From positions 416,001 to 480,000 of the forward strand of contig OZ243972.1 of the NCBI GenBank assembly GCA_965214705.1: 64,000 bases of DNA, given 5' to 3'. Shown here one piece after another: positions 30,642 to 40,102 of the stretch (position 1 is its first letter; the number at the start of each line of letters is the position of its first letter). Made by a program: the position numbers and the translations under genes. The notes under the pieces were generated by a model, which saw only the letters and a list, made by a program, of their open reading frames with translations, was not told where the DNA came from and searched no databases. Origin of the DNA: Alphaproteobacteria bacterium (GTDB lineage Bacteria > Pseudomonadota > Alphaproteobacteria > UBA828).

Positions 30642-31133
30642 ATGACGGGATGCGTAAACATGCCGCTGTCGCCTCGGGAGAAATATCGGCTTTTTGGTGG
30701 AGGTGGAGTAGTGGAGGCCCTGGGAGTTTCTGTGCCCCTGGAGGCGTGGGCCGCTATGACAGCTATTGGCGTCGGGGGGTTGGTGGCTGTTTATGCGCGA
30801 GAGATGCAGGCGCTCGCGATGGGAATGTGGAGTGGTTTCCCGGACAGAAAATTCAAGGCTCTCCACGACGCCATTGTTGCAGAATTAGATCGGATTGAGA
30901 GAGGAAACCAAGAATCCGAGGCCGTGCGGATAGCCAAACGACAGGTTTTGGAAAGCAAGCTGAAGCGCCTGAAAATCCGCTGCCCCGCGCCGCAGAGCGA
31001 GGCCACATGGCGGATTTTCCTGATGCGCCTTTTGGTCTATTCGAACGATGGCGATGTGAAGAGCGCTCGTTCTTGGCTGGACAAGTTGGAGCAGCACATC
31101 GTTGAGCGCCAGATAATGAAGCGGGACGTCTAA
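30642..31133 (+). CDS. Hypothetical passenger protein with N-terminal TM segment
   Basis: 163-aa lower-GC ORF with hydrophobic AWAAMTAIGVGGLVAVYA. Confidence 0.55.
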   Translation: MTGCVNMPLSPREKYRLFGGGGVVEALGVSVPLEAWAAMTAIGVGGLVAVYAREMQALAMGMWSGFPDRKFKALHDAIVAELDRIERGNQESEAVRIAKRQVLESKLKRLKIRCPAPQSEATWRIFLMRLLVYSNDGDVKSARSWLDKLEQHIVERQIMKRDV

Positions 31134-31411
31134 TGAATCCTGGTCCGATGCCACACGTTCACAGTGAGGACGATCAAAGCGGCGGGTGCGGCGCTTGCTA
31201 CGAGCACGGTTGCAGCAAGTATCTCGCCGTAGCCTCTCATGGTGTTGATCCAGTGATAGTGAGGGACTGTCTTGGCACCCCGAACTGCCGGCAGACCTGT
31301 CAGTTCTCTCACAGCAACAAACAATTCGTCGATCAGAAAAATGGTCGCAAACCACCATGTCGATGCGGCGGCGAGACTGAACAGAAGGGTGATGAGCATC
31401 CTCGAAAACAT
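31130..31411 (-). CDS. Small hypothetical membrane protein
   Basis: Two hydrophobic segments; convergent overlap with the preceding stop. Confidence 0.4.
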   Translation of the reverse strand: MFSRMLITLLFSLAAASTWWFATIFLIDELFVAVRELTGLPAVRGAKTVPHYHWINTMRGYGEILAATVLVASAAPAALIVLTVNVWHRTRIH

Positions 31412-31636
31412 CGCAGTGCTCCCCGTCAGTCACGGCCCGACGTGGTGTCGGGCCGTTGTCATCGCCATGCGTGAAGCACAGGGACCCCGCCTATTCGCCT
31501 TGACCCGGGGAGCAACCCCAGGTCCGGTACAGGCTCTTGTATTCAACGGGCGACCCGACGCAGCGGGACGCATGGCGATGACAGGGGAAATGGTGGACCG
31601 GCTGGGGCCGGCTGTCTACCCCATCGGAGGACAGGC

Positions 31637-31966
31637 ATGACGGACGACGAAAAACGGGTCGAGACAGGTCGCCTCGTTGAGCGCTACGCGGAAATCAAGC
31701 GCACCATTGCGTGCTTGCGAAGCCGGCTCCGCGAGACGCAGCGCTCATTCGTTTCGATGGGGCAGGCTTTGAGAAATCCTGAAGAGATCGATCCGTCCCC
31801 TACAGCCAACGCCTATGATCTGATGGGGATGAGGGGCCAGCCTCGGGTCGTTATCGACGAGGCGCAGCTACGCGCCGATATCTCCGACCTCCGGGAGGCT
31901 CTGGATGAACGGGAGCGGATTGAGCGCGACCTGCGGCATATGAATCTCGGGGATGTTCTCGAATGA
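31637..31966 (+). CDS. Hypothetical coiled-coil passenger protein
   Basis: RBS GGAGGA followed by ATG; 109 aa. Confidence 0.6.
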   Translation: MTDDEKRVETGRLVERYAEIKRTIACLRSRLRETQRSFVSMGQALRNPEEIDPSPTANAYDLMGMRGQPRVVIDEAQLRADISDLREALDERERIERDLRHMNLGDVLE

Positions 31967-32035
31967 AGCCGGCTGACGTGCTGCCGCCCGAGATCGCGCG
32001 GCGCCGTTTCGAGGCGCTCCTGGAGGCAATGGTGG

Positions 32036-32887
32036 TCAGAGGTTCTCCACCAGATCGGAAAAAATTGCGTTGGGCCGCTTCCGGCGATTGTAGCGGTACT
32101 CGAACTCCTTCACGTACTTCGGAAGATGCTTCCCCGAAACGTGGACGTGAGTCCCGCGGATCGAGTTCTTCAGCCGGGCCCAGAAGCCCTCGACAGCGTT
32201 GACATGGCAGTCGTCGCGCACATATTCGCCAGCGCTGTGGTTCACGCTCTCGTGCGTGTAGCCCGAGGACGGCAGGCTCAGGTAGGATCGCAACTCGTCC
32301 GTGTGGACGGTGCTGCCGGCCTTGACGTTTTCGCGAATGATCGGCTCCAGAGTGCGCCGTTTCACGTTCGGAACGACCTTCGCCATGAGGTCGCCGCCGC
32401 GTTCGATCATCCCGAAAACCGTGGTCTTGTTCCCGCGATAGCCCCGGCCTTTGCCCTTCACTTTGCCGCCGACAAACGTTTCGTCTGCCTCGACCACGCC
32501 GCCCAGCGACGTCTCGCCGTCCACTTCGGCCATGAACTTGCGAATCTCGTGCGCCATGCGCCAGGCCGTCTTGTAAGTCACGCCAAGTTGGCGTTGCAGC
32601 TCCTTCGCGGAGACCCCGTGGCGTGTCGTGGCGAACAGGTGCATGGCGTAGAACCACTTGTGCACCGGCGTCCGAGAGCGCTCCATGGGCGTGCCGACGC
32701 ACGGGTAAATGTGGTGTTTACAGTGCTGGCACAAGTAGGCGCGATCCCGCGTCAGCCGGTAGAACTTGCCGTGCGCTCCGCACTTCGGGCAGTCCAATTC
32801 AGTCCCGCCGTAGCGCGCTACCATGATATGCTTCAGGCACGCTTCATCGTCAGGAAACCGGCGCATGAACTCGAAAAATGTTGTCAT
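32036..32887 (-). CDS. IS1595-family transposase
   Basis: RFPDDEAC, CPKCG, VEADETFVGG, VHTDELRSY, HVNAVEGFW, YVKEFEYRYN. Confidence 0.92.
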   Translation of the reverse strand: MTTFFEFMRRFPDDEACLKHIMVARYGGTELDCPKCGAHGKFYRLTRDRAYLCQHCKHHIYPCVGTPMERSRTPVHKWFYAMHLFATTRHGVSAKELQRQLGVTYKTAWRMAHEIRKFMAEVDGETSLGGVVEADETFVGGKVKGKGRGYRGNKTTVFGMIERGGDLMAKVVPNVKRRTLEPIIRENVKAGSTVHTDELRSYLSLPSSGYTHESVNHSAGEYVRDDCHVNAVEGFWARLKNSIRGTHVHVSGKHLPKYVKEFEYRYNRRKRPNAIFSDLVENL

Positions 32888-33008
32888 CTTCCTTTCCCCG
32901 TCAGGAGCGGAACAGTGTCATGAGTGAGGTCAATGAACCGGGTCCAGAAGCTCCTGGGCTACGCGTTGAAGTTCTTGCCCAATTTGAAGTGCCAGAGCCG
33001 GCTCCAGG

Positions 33009-34649
33009 GGGTGGGCTTCTGGGATGGCGGATTGAGGGTGTGTAGATTCAATGGGTTAGGGTTACCCGGTTCGTGGGAATGCGGGGTTTGGTGACAATCT
33101 ACCCGACTCGGGGGTGATCTTGTCAGGATGGGGGCCGCGCGGCATCGAGGGGTGGGAATGCTCCAGACCGCAAGATGCGGTGCGATGTCGTCTTCAACCC
33201 CAACACCAGGAGCATCCCCATGCCAGTGTTGCAGCCTTGTGCCCAGCCCTCCATCGCTCTGTCGGACTTGCCCGATCCCGCTGCTGAGGCGGTGAGCCGG
33301 GTGCTCGCGCTGTTTGACGAACACGTCGGATCCGGTGTGGGTCCCGACGACTTCGAGGCGGCCGAGCGGGATGCACTCAGTGCCATGAAGGAGGTCTGCT
33401 GCCTGCTGCTGCGCAGCGTCATCGAGAGCCGCGATGACGGCGCCGCGCGGATGGAGCGGGACGGGCAGGTCTGGTACCGGGTGGAGGAGACCGCCAAGAC
33501 GGTGATGACGTCTGTGGGCGCGGTCGAGTATCTGCGCCCGCGCTACCGTCGGGACGGCATGTCGGCTTCGATCGTTCCGGTAGACGAGAGCCTGGGTCTT
33601 GTGAACGGCTGTCTGACCCGGACGGCGGCGCATCTCGGCGCTTGGCTGATGGGTCATTGCCCGGCCCGCGAAGCGGAGGCCTTTTTCCGGAAGATGGGGA
33701 CCATGACCCCGTCGGCGAGCACCCTGCAGCGCCTGGTCAAGGCGGTGCACGGGAACTGGGAGACAATCAGCGGGACGGCGCTGGACGAGATCCGGGTTGC
33801 GGAGGGCATACCTGCGGCAGCGGTCACGGCGGCGGTCTCGCTTGACGGCATCATGGTGCCGCTGCGAGCAGGCGAGGACGGCCGCGCAGAGGCGGCTTGG
33901 CGCGAGGCGTCCTGTGGCACGGTCTCGTTCCACGACAGCGACGGCGAGCGGCTGCACACACTCTACCTGGGGCGCATGCCGGAAAGCGGCAAGGTCAGCC
34001 TCAAGGCCGAGCTCAAGGCCGACGTTGCCCATCTCCAGGCGTCCCGTCCCGACATCGCAATCGTCGCCATCGCAGACGGCGCCCCCGACAACTGGACCTT
34101 CCTGGAGACCCTCTCGCCCATGGAGGAAGCCGTCGACTTCTGGCACGCTTGCGAACACCTCGCGACGGCGTCTGACCATGCCCTCGCCCACAACTGGTTC
34201 GAGAAGTACCGTGAGATCTTGCGTCATGATCCCGACGGGGTGGAGAAGGTCATCCGCGCCCTGCGCCACCTGCTCGGCAGAGCGACCTCGGGGAAGGCCG
34301 AGATCGAGCGGGAACTCGCCTTCTTCCGCAAGAACCGGCACCGCATGCGCTACCGCGCGCTGAAGGATCGCAAGATGCCCATCGGCTCGGGCGTCGTCGA
34401 GGCGGCCAACAAAACCCTGGTGACGCAGCGTATGAAGAGGTCTGGCATGCGCTGGCGGATCGCCGGCGGGCAGGCTGTGCTCACCTTCCGCGCGCTCATC
34501 AAGTCGGGACGCTTCGAGCGGGCCTGGGACGCCCTGGTCGCCAACCTCATGGCACCCGCCAATGACAACCGCATCATTCACGATATGGCGCTGGCTGCCT
34601 GAGCAGAATGACCATCAAAACACAGTCCCGCCATACGAGACTTGCTCCC
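33009..34649 (+). mobile_element. ISKra4/ISLre2-like (Mutator superfamily) element, copy 1
   Basis: Imperfect IR GGGTGGGCTTCTGGGATGGCGG / CCGCCATACGAGACTTGCTCCC. 8-bp TSD GCTCCAGG. Confidence 0.85.
33220..34602 (+). CDS. ISKra4-like transposase (UPF0236-like)
   Basis: SLDGIMV, IADGAPDNW, VDFWHACEHL, IGSGVVEAANKTLVTQRMKRSGMRW. Confidence 0.88.
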   Translation: MPVLQPCAQPSIALSDLPDPAAEAVSRVLALFDEHVGSGVGPDDFEAAERDALSAMKEVCCLLLRSVIESRDDGAARMERDGQVWYRVEETAKTVMTSVGAVEYLRPRYRRDGMSASIVPVDESLGLVNGCLTRTAAHLGAWLMGHCPAREAEAFFRKMGTMTPSASTLQRLVKAVHGNWETISGTALDEIRVAEGIPAAAVTAAVSLDGIMVPLRAGEDGRAEAAWREASCGTVSFHDSDGERLHTLYLGRMPESGKVSLKAELKADVAHLQASRPDIAIVAIADGAPDNWTFLETLSPMEEAVDFWHACEHLATASDHALAHNWFEKYREILRHDPDGVEKVIRALRHLLGRATSGKAEIERELAFFRKNRHRMRYRALKDRKMPIGSGVVEAANKTLVTQRMKRSGMRWRIAGGQAVLTFRALIKSGRFERAWDALVANLMAPANDNRIIHDMALAA

Positions 34650-34799
34650 GCTCCAGGAGTTCGTCAGCGACTGGAGGCTGGTCAAGAGAAGGTCTTATTC
34701 GAAGCATCACTAGGCGGGAACCGTCTTCTCCGAGTGATTGGCCAACCTGAATGACGCTCATGATTTCACCTCCTTAGTTCCCAATATGGGGAAGGTGGG

Positions 34800-36080
34800 A
34801 TGACGTGTCAAGGGGATAATCGCGCAAACTGGCGCAACCGCACCCTGTTCCACGGCGACAATCTCGGTTTCCTCCGGGCCATGAACTCGGAGTCGGTGGA
34901 CCTGATCGCCACCGATCCGCCGTTCAACAAGGGCCGTGACTTCCATGCGACACCGGACAGTCTCGCAGCGGGTGCGAAGTTCCAGGACCGTTGGTCTTGG
35001 GAGCGGGACGTGCATGAGGAATGGGCGGATCAGATCACCGACGATTATCCCCGTCTCATGGAGGCGGTCGAGAGCGCCCGCTACGCACATTCGGACGGCA
35101 TGGGAGCGTTCATGTGCTTCATGGCGGTGCGACTGCTGGAAATGCGCCGCGTCCTGAAGGATTCCGGCTCAATCTACCTGCACTGCGATCCGACGGCCAG
35201 CCATTACCTGAAGGCCGTCATGGACGCTATCTTCGGATGGCGGAATTTTCAAAACGAGATTGTTTGGTGCTACAAATCGGGTGGGGCAAGTCCAAAGCGA
35301 CGTTTCAGCAAAAAGCATGACTTGATCTTGTGGTACTCGAAATCAAAACACTACGTATTCAATCCTCAAAGCGAAAAGTCATATAATCGAGGTTTGAAAC
35401 CTTATCGATTCAAGGGTGTTCAAGAATTTTGCGATGAAATTGGGTGGCACACTGTCGTTGGAATGAAAGACTATTGGGAAATTGATATGGTGGGGCGGAC
35501 CAGCAAAGAACGAATCGGTTATCCCACACAAAAGCCATTAGCACTTTACGAGAGAATGATCTGCGCTAGCTCCAATGAAGGTGACATTGTATGCGACCCA
35601 TTCGCCGGGTGTGCCACAACCCTTGTCGCCGCCGAACGGCTTCAACGCCAGTGGGTCGGAATGGACATATGGGAACGCGCCCATGAGGTGGTGGTCGAGC
35701 GCCTTCGGGACACCACCGGCCTGTTCGGCAAGGTGACATTCACAGACAAATTGCCGCACCGGACCGATGACGGCGAAGAGGCCGCGCCGTTCCTACGGGT
35801 GAAAGTCCGCGTGAAGGAGCCGGAAGGCCCGCGTTGGACCCGCGCGGAGATGTACGAGCACCTGCTGGAGCAGAACGGCCCGCGTTGCCAAGGCTGCGAT
35901 CGGACATTCGACGATCCCCGCTATCTGGAGCTCGACCACAACACGCCGCGCTCGGACGGCGGGCTCAATCACATATCCAACCGCATCCTGCTATGCGGGC
36001 CATGCAACCGGCTCAAGAGCAATACCTACACGTTGTCAGGGCTGCGGCGAGAGAACCGAAAACGGGGGCACATGCAATGA
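34800..36080 (+). CDS. N4/N6 DNA methyltransferase (beta-type motif order) fused to a C-terminal HNH endonuclease
   Basis: FHGDNL, IATDPPFN, YPTQKP, DPFAGCATT. C-terminal CQGC..ELDHNTPRSDGGLNHISNRILLCGPCNRLK. Confidence 0.9.
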   Translation: MTCQGDNRANWRNRTLFHGDNLGFLRAMNSESVDLIATDPPFNKGRDFHATPDSLAAGAKFQDRWSWERDVHEEWADQITDDYPRLMEAVESARYAHSDGMGAFMCFMAVRLLEMRRVLKDSGSIYLHCDPTASHYLKAVMDAIFGWRNFQNEIVWCYKSGGASPKRRFSKKHDLILWYSKSKHYVFNPQSEKSYNRGLKPYRFKGVQEFCDEIGWHTVVGMKDYWEIDMVGRTSKERIGYPTQKPLALYERMICASSNEGDIVCDPFAGCATTLVAAERLQRQWVGMDIWERAHEVVVERLRDTTGLFGKVTFTDKLPHRTDDGEEAAPFLRVKVRVKEPEGPRWTRAEMYEHLLEQNGPRCQGCDRTFDDPRYLELDHNTPRSDGGLNHISNRILLCGPCNRLKSNTYTLSGLRRENRKRGHMQ

Positions 36081-36094
36081 CAGGAAAACCCGAA

Positions 36095-36427
36095 TTGAAC
36101 GAAGCCGCTACGCGGAGTTAGCGGCGTAGAGTTCATTCATTTCCGAGGCGTCGCGGGTGCCGTTTGCCCTGTGCGTTCGCTTCCCGGTTGCGTCAGTGGC
36201 GCACCGCCCGTCGAGTGGCGGATCCCCGGCAGCCTCCCGATCACCAGTGGTTAGCATCGATCCCTGTGACGGACCGTCGCCGGATCGGTCCGGCGGCGCA
36301 CCGTCGCGATCCAGGGAGATCGATGATGACCGAGACCGCGTGCGACACGAACACCGTCACCCCTCTTCGCCAGCGCATGGAGGAGCAGCTCCGCATCGCC
36401 AATCTGGCCGCGAGCACGTCCAAGGCC
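36095..36427 (+). mobile_element. Truncated end of the integrase/IS91 element (inverted copy of ~51445-51777)
   Basis: TTGAACGAAGCCGCTACGCGGAGTTAGCGGC.. and the MTETACDTNTVTPLRQRMEEQ start. Confidence 0.85.
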
Positions 36428-36614
36428 AAGGGAAAAGATCGGCTTGAACGGCGTGCCAAAATCTGAATAGTGTCTGTCCCAGCGACATGGGGCCGCCCTC
36501 TCTGTCGACGTTGTCCGAAACCCGACAGGAACAAAGAGCGGTCCCGATTTCCAGGACAATCTGACCGCCACGGCGGCAAAATCCCGCTCAAATGCGGAAT
36601 TCTGCAAGTGGCTC
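36425..36614 (-). mobile_element. Left-end fragment of the IS5/IS1182-like element seen at 62348-63815
   Basis: Reverse complement GAGCCACTTGCAGAATTCC...ATGTCGCTGGGACAGACACTA matches the other copy's start and its right IR. Confidence 0.8.
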
Positions 36615-37910
36615 GATAGAAACAGTAAATGTTCCTGTTCAGACATCCAGTCTTGCTGCTGCGCCGAAGCGAGGCGCTCCAGACCGCGCTGATCGCGGTC
36701 GCGTTCTGGACGTTGGCTGTCATCGCTCTGACCAGCCTGCGGGATCTGCATGCTTGGGGGATGCCGCAAGTCGAACGCGTCATCGCACGGGCGAACATGG
36801 CATGCGTCGTTATCCTGGTGGGCCTGGTTGGAATTCGATGCTTGATTGCCTGGCGTATGTCCGGCTCACCGGTCTCTGTCCTGAACACGCTGTGCGGAAT
36901 GCCTGGCGTGTTGTTGTTCGGCGCGGTGGCGTCCTATCTGACAATCGGCTTTAGCGGGATGGACGAGGCGGACTGGCGGCCGGGCACGGCTGAGGCACTG
37001 AGGTTTTCAGTGCTCGCTTTCGGCGTGCTCGTGGCTGCCGCAGTCGGTGGCCGCGCGGTGCTGGAACGAGTCGGCACCGACCGGTTGTTGCAGGGCGTGC
37101 TTGTCGTCCTGATTTCGAGCTGCGTCATCATTCTCGCTTCGCCGATTCTGCGCGATCTCGGCATCCTGCCGCCTTATAGAATTCCGTTCCGCCTGACCGG
37201 CGCTTTTGTCAATCCCAACGGCGCCGGCTTGATCGGCAGCATGACGGTGGGACTCGCCGCGGCGTTCCTGACCAATGGCGGGCCGCGCACGCTCGGTTGG
37301 CTGGGCCTAGCCGCCGGCGTCGCCGCAACCGTGGGATCGGCGTCCCGAACCGCGTTGGTCATACTCGGTGCGTTGATGGTCTTGTTCCTGTTGATCAACG
37401 TCAGCGGCAAACCGAGGGCCTTCGTCCTGGCTTTGGCGGCTACAGGATTGGTCGGAATTGCGGGCTTCGTCGGCGTTGCGGCTTTCTCCGACGGTCTGCT
37501 GTCCCAGTGGTCGATGTTGCGGAACGTTCCCGGCGACGTGTGTTGTTTCGCAGTTTAAGTCGATAGAAGGCCGGGCTTTTTGGTCACACTGATCCGACGG
37601 CGGATTTCCGGGGATGTTGGCTGAATGTGGGAAGGGCGCTGTCCGCGGCTCTTCTTTTGATCCTCAGCAATATCCTCATTGCTGTTGAAGCTGTGGAGCG
37701 GTGGGCGCGAGATCGGCGAGTGTGGTCAGGCGGTGGGCAAGCGCCAGCTTGTCCACGGGCTGTCCACACGGTCCGCAGGACGCCGATCGGTCCGCAGGAC
37801 GCGTCCACGGCTCCACAGCTTGGCGGCGCCGGGGGGCGTCCGTAATCTCGGCCTCTCTCTGAACGACGAAGAGAGGCCCGGGGGACGGAACTCCCGCCGG
37901 GCCATGGCCG

Positions 37911-38721
37911 GTGCAGCTTCGGTATGAAAGGCTTATCCCGTTGAGCACGGCTTCTCAATATGTGGGGCACCGGGTCGCCCGCCATTCGGCGGGTAAGTCC
38001 TTGAAACAGGAAAAGAACCGGGACCATGACGAATGATTTCGCCGACGCGGCCGGTACAGCATCTTGGGAAGCCGGAACCAAAGGGATAAGCCTTCGGTAT
38101 GAAACGGGGCTTACCGGCGAGGAATACGTTAGGGCCGAGGCGTGGCGCGATGCAAGGCTCGATCGGTGCCCGAATCATCCGCATGGCGGATGCTCTCTGG
38201 CCCATCACGGCACCTATGAGCGCAAGACGCCCGAGGGCACGAAGATTGCTCGCTGGTACTGCCGTGAGAGCCACACGACCATCAGCCTTCTGCCGGACTG
38301 TCTGGCGGCGCGGCTGCCGGGCACGCTCGATGCGCTGGAAGATGTTGTGGTGGCGGCGGAGGAGGCCGGCAGCCTGGAGGAGGCAGCGGACGAGGCGCGC
38401 TGCCCCGAGGACGATGACGCCATCGAGCTTCCCGGCGCGCTTCGTTGGCTGCGCCGGCGGCTGGATCTCGTCTACGACGCGCTTGCCCGTGTCATCGGTC
38501 TGATCCCCGAGAAGCTCGCGGGCTGCGCGGCCACCATGAGCGCGGTTCGCGAGCGTCTGAAGAGCGACAGCGCGTTGATGGCGCTGCGCGGCCTGGTCGC
38601 CGGGCAACTGCAGACGCTGCCCGCGCCTCTGGGCTTCCAACCCCACGGAATCGGCGTGATGAGTCGCAAATCTGCGTTCCAACAACGGGCGGGGCCGGAC
38701 CCGCCGCCGGAGAGTTCGTAG
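37911..38721 (+). CDS. Transposon ORF1 (Cys/His Zn-binding + HTH-like), interrupted by a MITE
   Basis: Intact copy at 59909-60544. CPNHPHGGCS..HGTYER..WYC..LLPDCLA. Confidence 0.7.
37928..38094. mobile_element. 167-bp IS1595-type MITE
   Basis: IR AAGGCTTATCCC/GGGATAAGCCTT. 8-bp TSD CGGTATGA. Empty site visible in the second transposon copy. Confidence 0.92.
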
Positions 38722-38767
38722 CGTGACGATCCCGGGGCCAGGGAGCCCCACGAATGAGGATCGCACC

Positions 38768-40102
38768 ATGAACAACTCAGACGACGACCTTCGCCAGGAG
38801 ATCGCGCTCTTCCGATACACCGTCATTGCCGACCTGGTGCATCTGCCGGTGGGCGCGCAGGGCATCGGCGAGAAGCTGCGCGACAAGGCCAGCCGGACCT
38901 ACACCATCCCCGGAAGCGACCGGACCCATGTCGCCGCCAACACCATCCGGGGCTGGGTCAAGCGCTACCGCTACCGCTACGGCGGCTTCGACGCGCTCTA
39001 CCCCAAGCCGCGCACCGACCGGGGGCAGCCCCGGCGGCTGCCGCCCGAGGTCGCCGCGCAGCTTATCGAGCTGAAGACCGACAACCCGGCATGGTCGGTG
39101 CGCAAGGTCATCCAGAAAGCCCGCGAGGACGGTGTCGATCATCCGCTCGCCCCGTCCACCGTGCACCGCCTGCTGAGCCGCGAGGGCCTGTTCGACAAGA
39201 AGCCGCCCGACGGTGCCGACCGCCGCCGCTTCGCCTTCCAGGAAGCCGGCGAGCTGTGGATGAGCGACGTCATGCACGGGCCCAAGGTCCGGCACGGGCG
39301 CAGCCGGCGCAAGACCTACCTCATCGCCTTCATCGACGACGCCACCCGCGTCATCCCCTTTGCCGCCTTCGCCCTGGCCGAGAACGTCCAGGCCTTCCTG
39401 CCGGTGTTCAAGAACGCCCTTGTCCGGCGCGGCCTCGCAGCGCGCCTGTACGTCGACAACGGTGCCGCTTACCGCTCCCGCCAGCTCGCCCTGGTCTGTG
39501 CGAAGCTCGGCATCGCGCTGATCCACGCCAGGGCCTATCAGCCAGCCGGGAAGGGCAAGATCGAGCGCTTCTTCAGGACACTGCGGGCCGGCTGGCTGGC
39601 CCACCTCGAGCCCGAGGCCCTGGACAGCCTCGAGGCGCTCAACCGCAGCCTCTGGGCCTGGATCGAGGGGGAGCACCACAACTCCCCCCATCGCGGCCTG
39701 GACGGGCGCACGCCGCTCGAGCAGTGGGCGCTGGCCGGCGCAGGCGTGCGCTATCCCGAGCCCGCTCTCGACCTTGACGAGATCTTCCTCTTCGAGGTCG
39801 GGCGGCGCGTCCAGAAGGACCGCACCGTCAGCCTGGACGGCCGCCTCTACGAGGTCGATCCCCTCCTCGTCGGCCGCAGCGTCACCTTGCGCTACGACCC
39901 CGACGCGCCGCCGTCGCGCCCCCTCGACGTCGTCTGTGACGGAAAGCCTGCCGGGAAGGCAACCCGCCTCGACGCCTACGCAAATACCGCAGTGAAGCGC
40001 GGCCACTGCTCCAAGCAGATCGAGACCGACGACCCGGCGCCCGAGCCGCCGCCCTCGCCACTGGCCATGCGGAACCTCAGGAAGAAGCAGGAGGACGACT
40101 GA
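38768..40102 (+). CDS. DDE transposase (IS481/Mu-like, rve + Mu C-terminal-like domain)
   Basis: WMSDVMHG, FIDDATR, YVDNGAAY, GKGKIERFFRT, RRVQKDRTVSLDGRLYEV. Confidence 0.9.
   Translation: MNNSDDDLRQEIALFRYTVIADLVHLPVGAQGIGEKLRDKASRTYTIPGSDRTHVAANTIRGWVKRYRYRYGGFDALYPKPRTDRGQPRRLPPEVAAQLIELKTDNPAWSVRKVIQKAREDGVDHPLAPSTVHRLLSREGLFDKKPPDGADRRRFAFQEAGELWMSDVMHGPKVRHGRSRRKTYLIAFIDDATRVIPFAAFALAENVQAFLPVFKNALVRRGLAARLYVDNGAAYRSRQLALVCAKLGIALIHARAYQPAGKGKIERFFRTLRAGWLAHLEPEALDSLEALNRSLWAWIEGEHHNSPHRGLDGRTPLEQWALAGAGVRYPEPALDLDEIFLFEVGRRVQKDRTVSLDGRLYEVDPLLVGRSVTLRYDPDAPPSRPLDVVCDGKPAGKATRLDAYANTAVKRGHCSKQIETDDPAPEPPPSPLAMRNLRKKQEDD

Larger units (their letters stand above)
32930..34761 (-). pseudogene. 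~60-aa passenger ORF split by the ISKra4-like element
   Basis: RBS AAGGAGGTG + MSVIQVGQSLGEDGSRLVMLRIRPSLDQPPVADELLE|PALALQIGQELQRVAQELLDPVH* rejoins in frame across the TSD. Confidence 0.65.
30601..34824 (-). mobile_element. IS1595-family transporter element with passenger genes
   Basis: Perfect 24-bp IR CGCGATTATCCCCTTGACACGTCA / TGACGTGTCAAGGGGATAATCGCG. Lower-GC passengers. No matching TSD. Confidence 0.88.
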
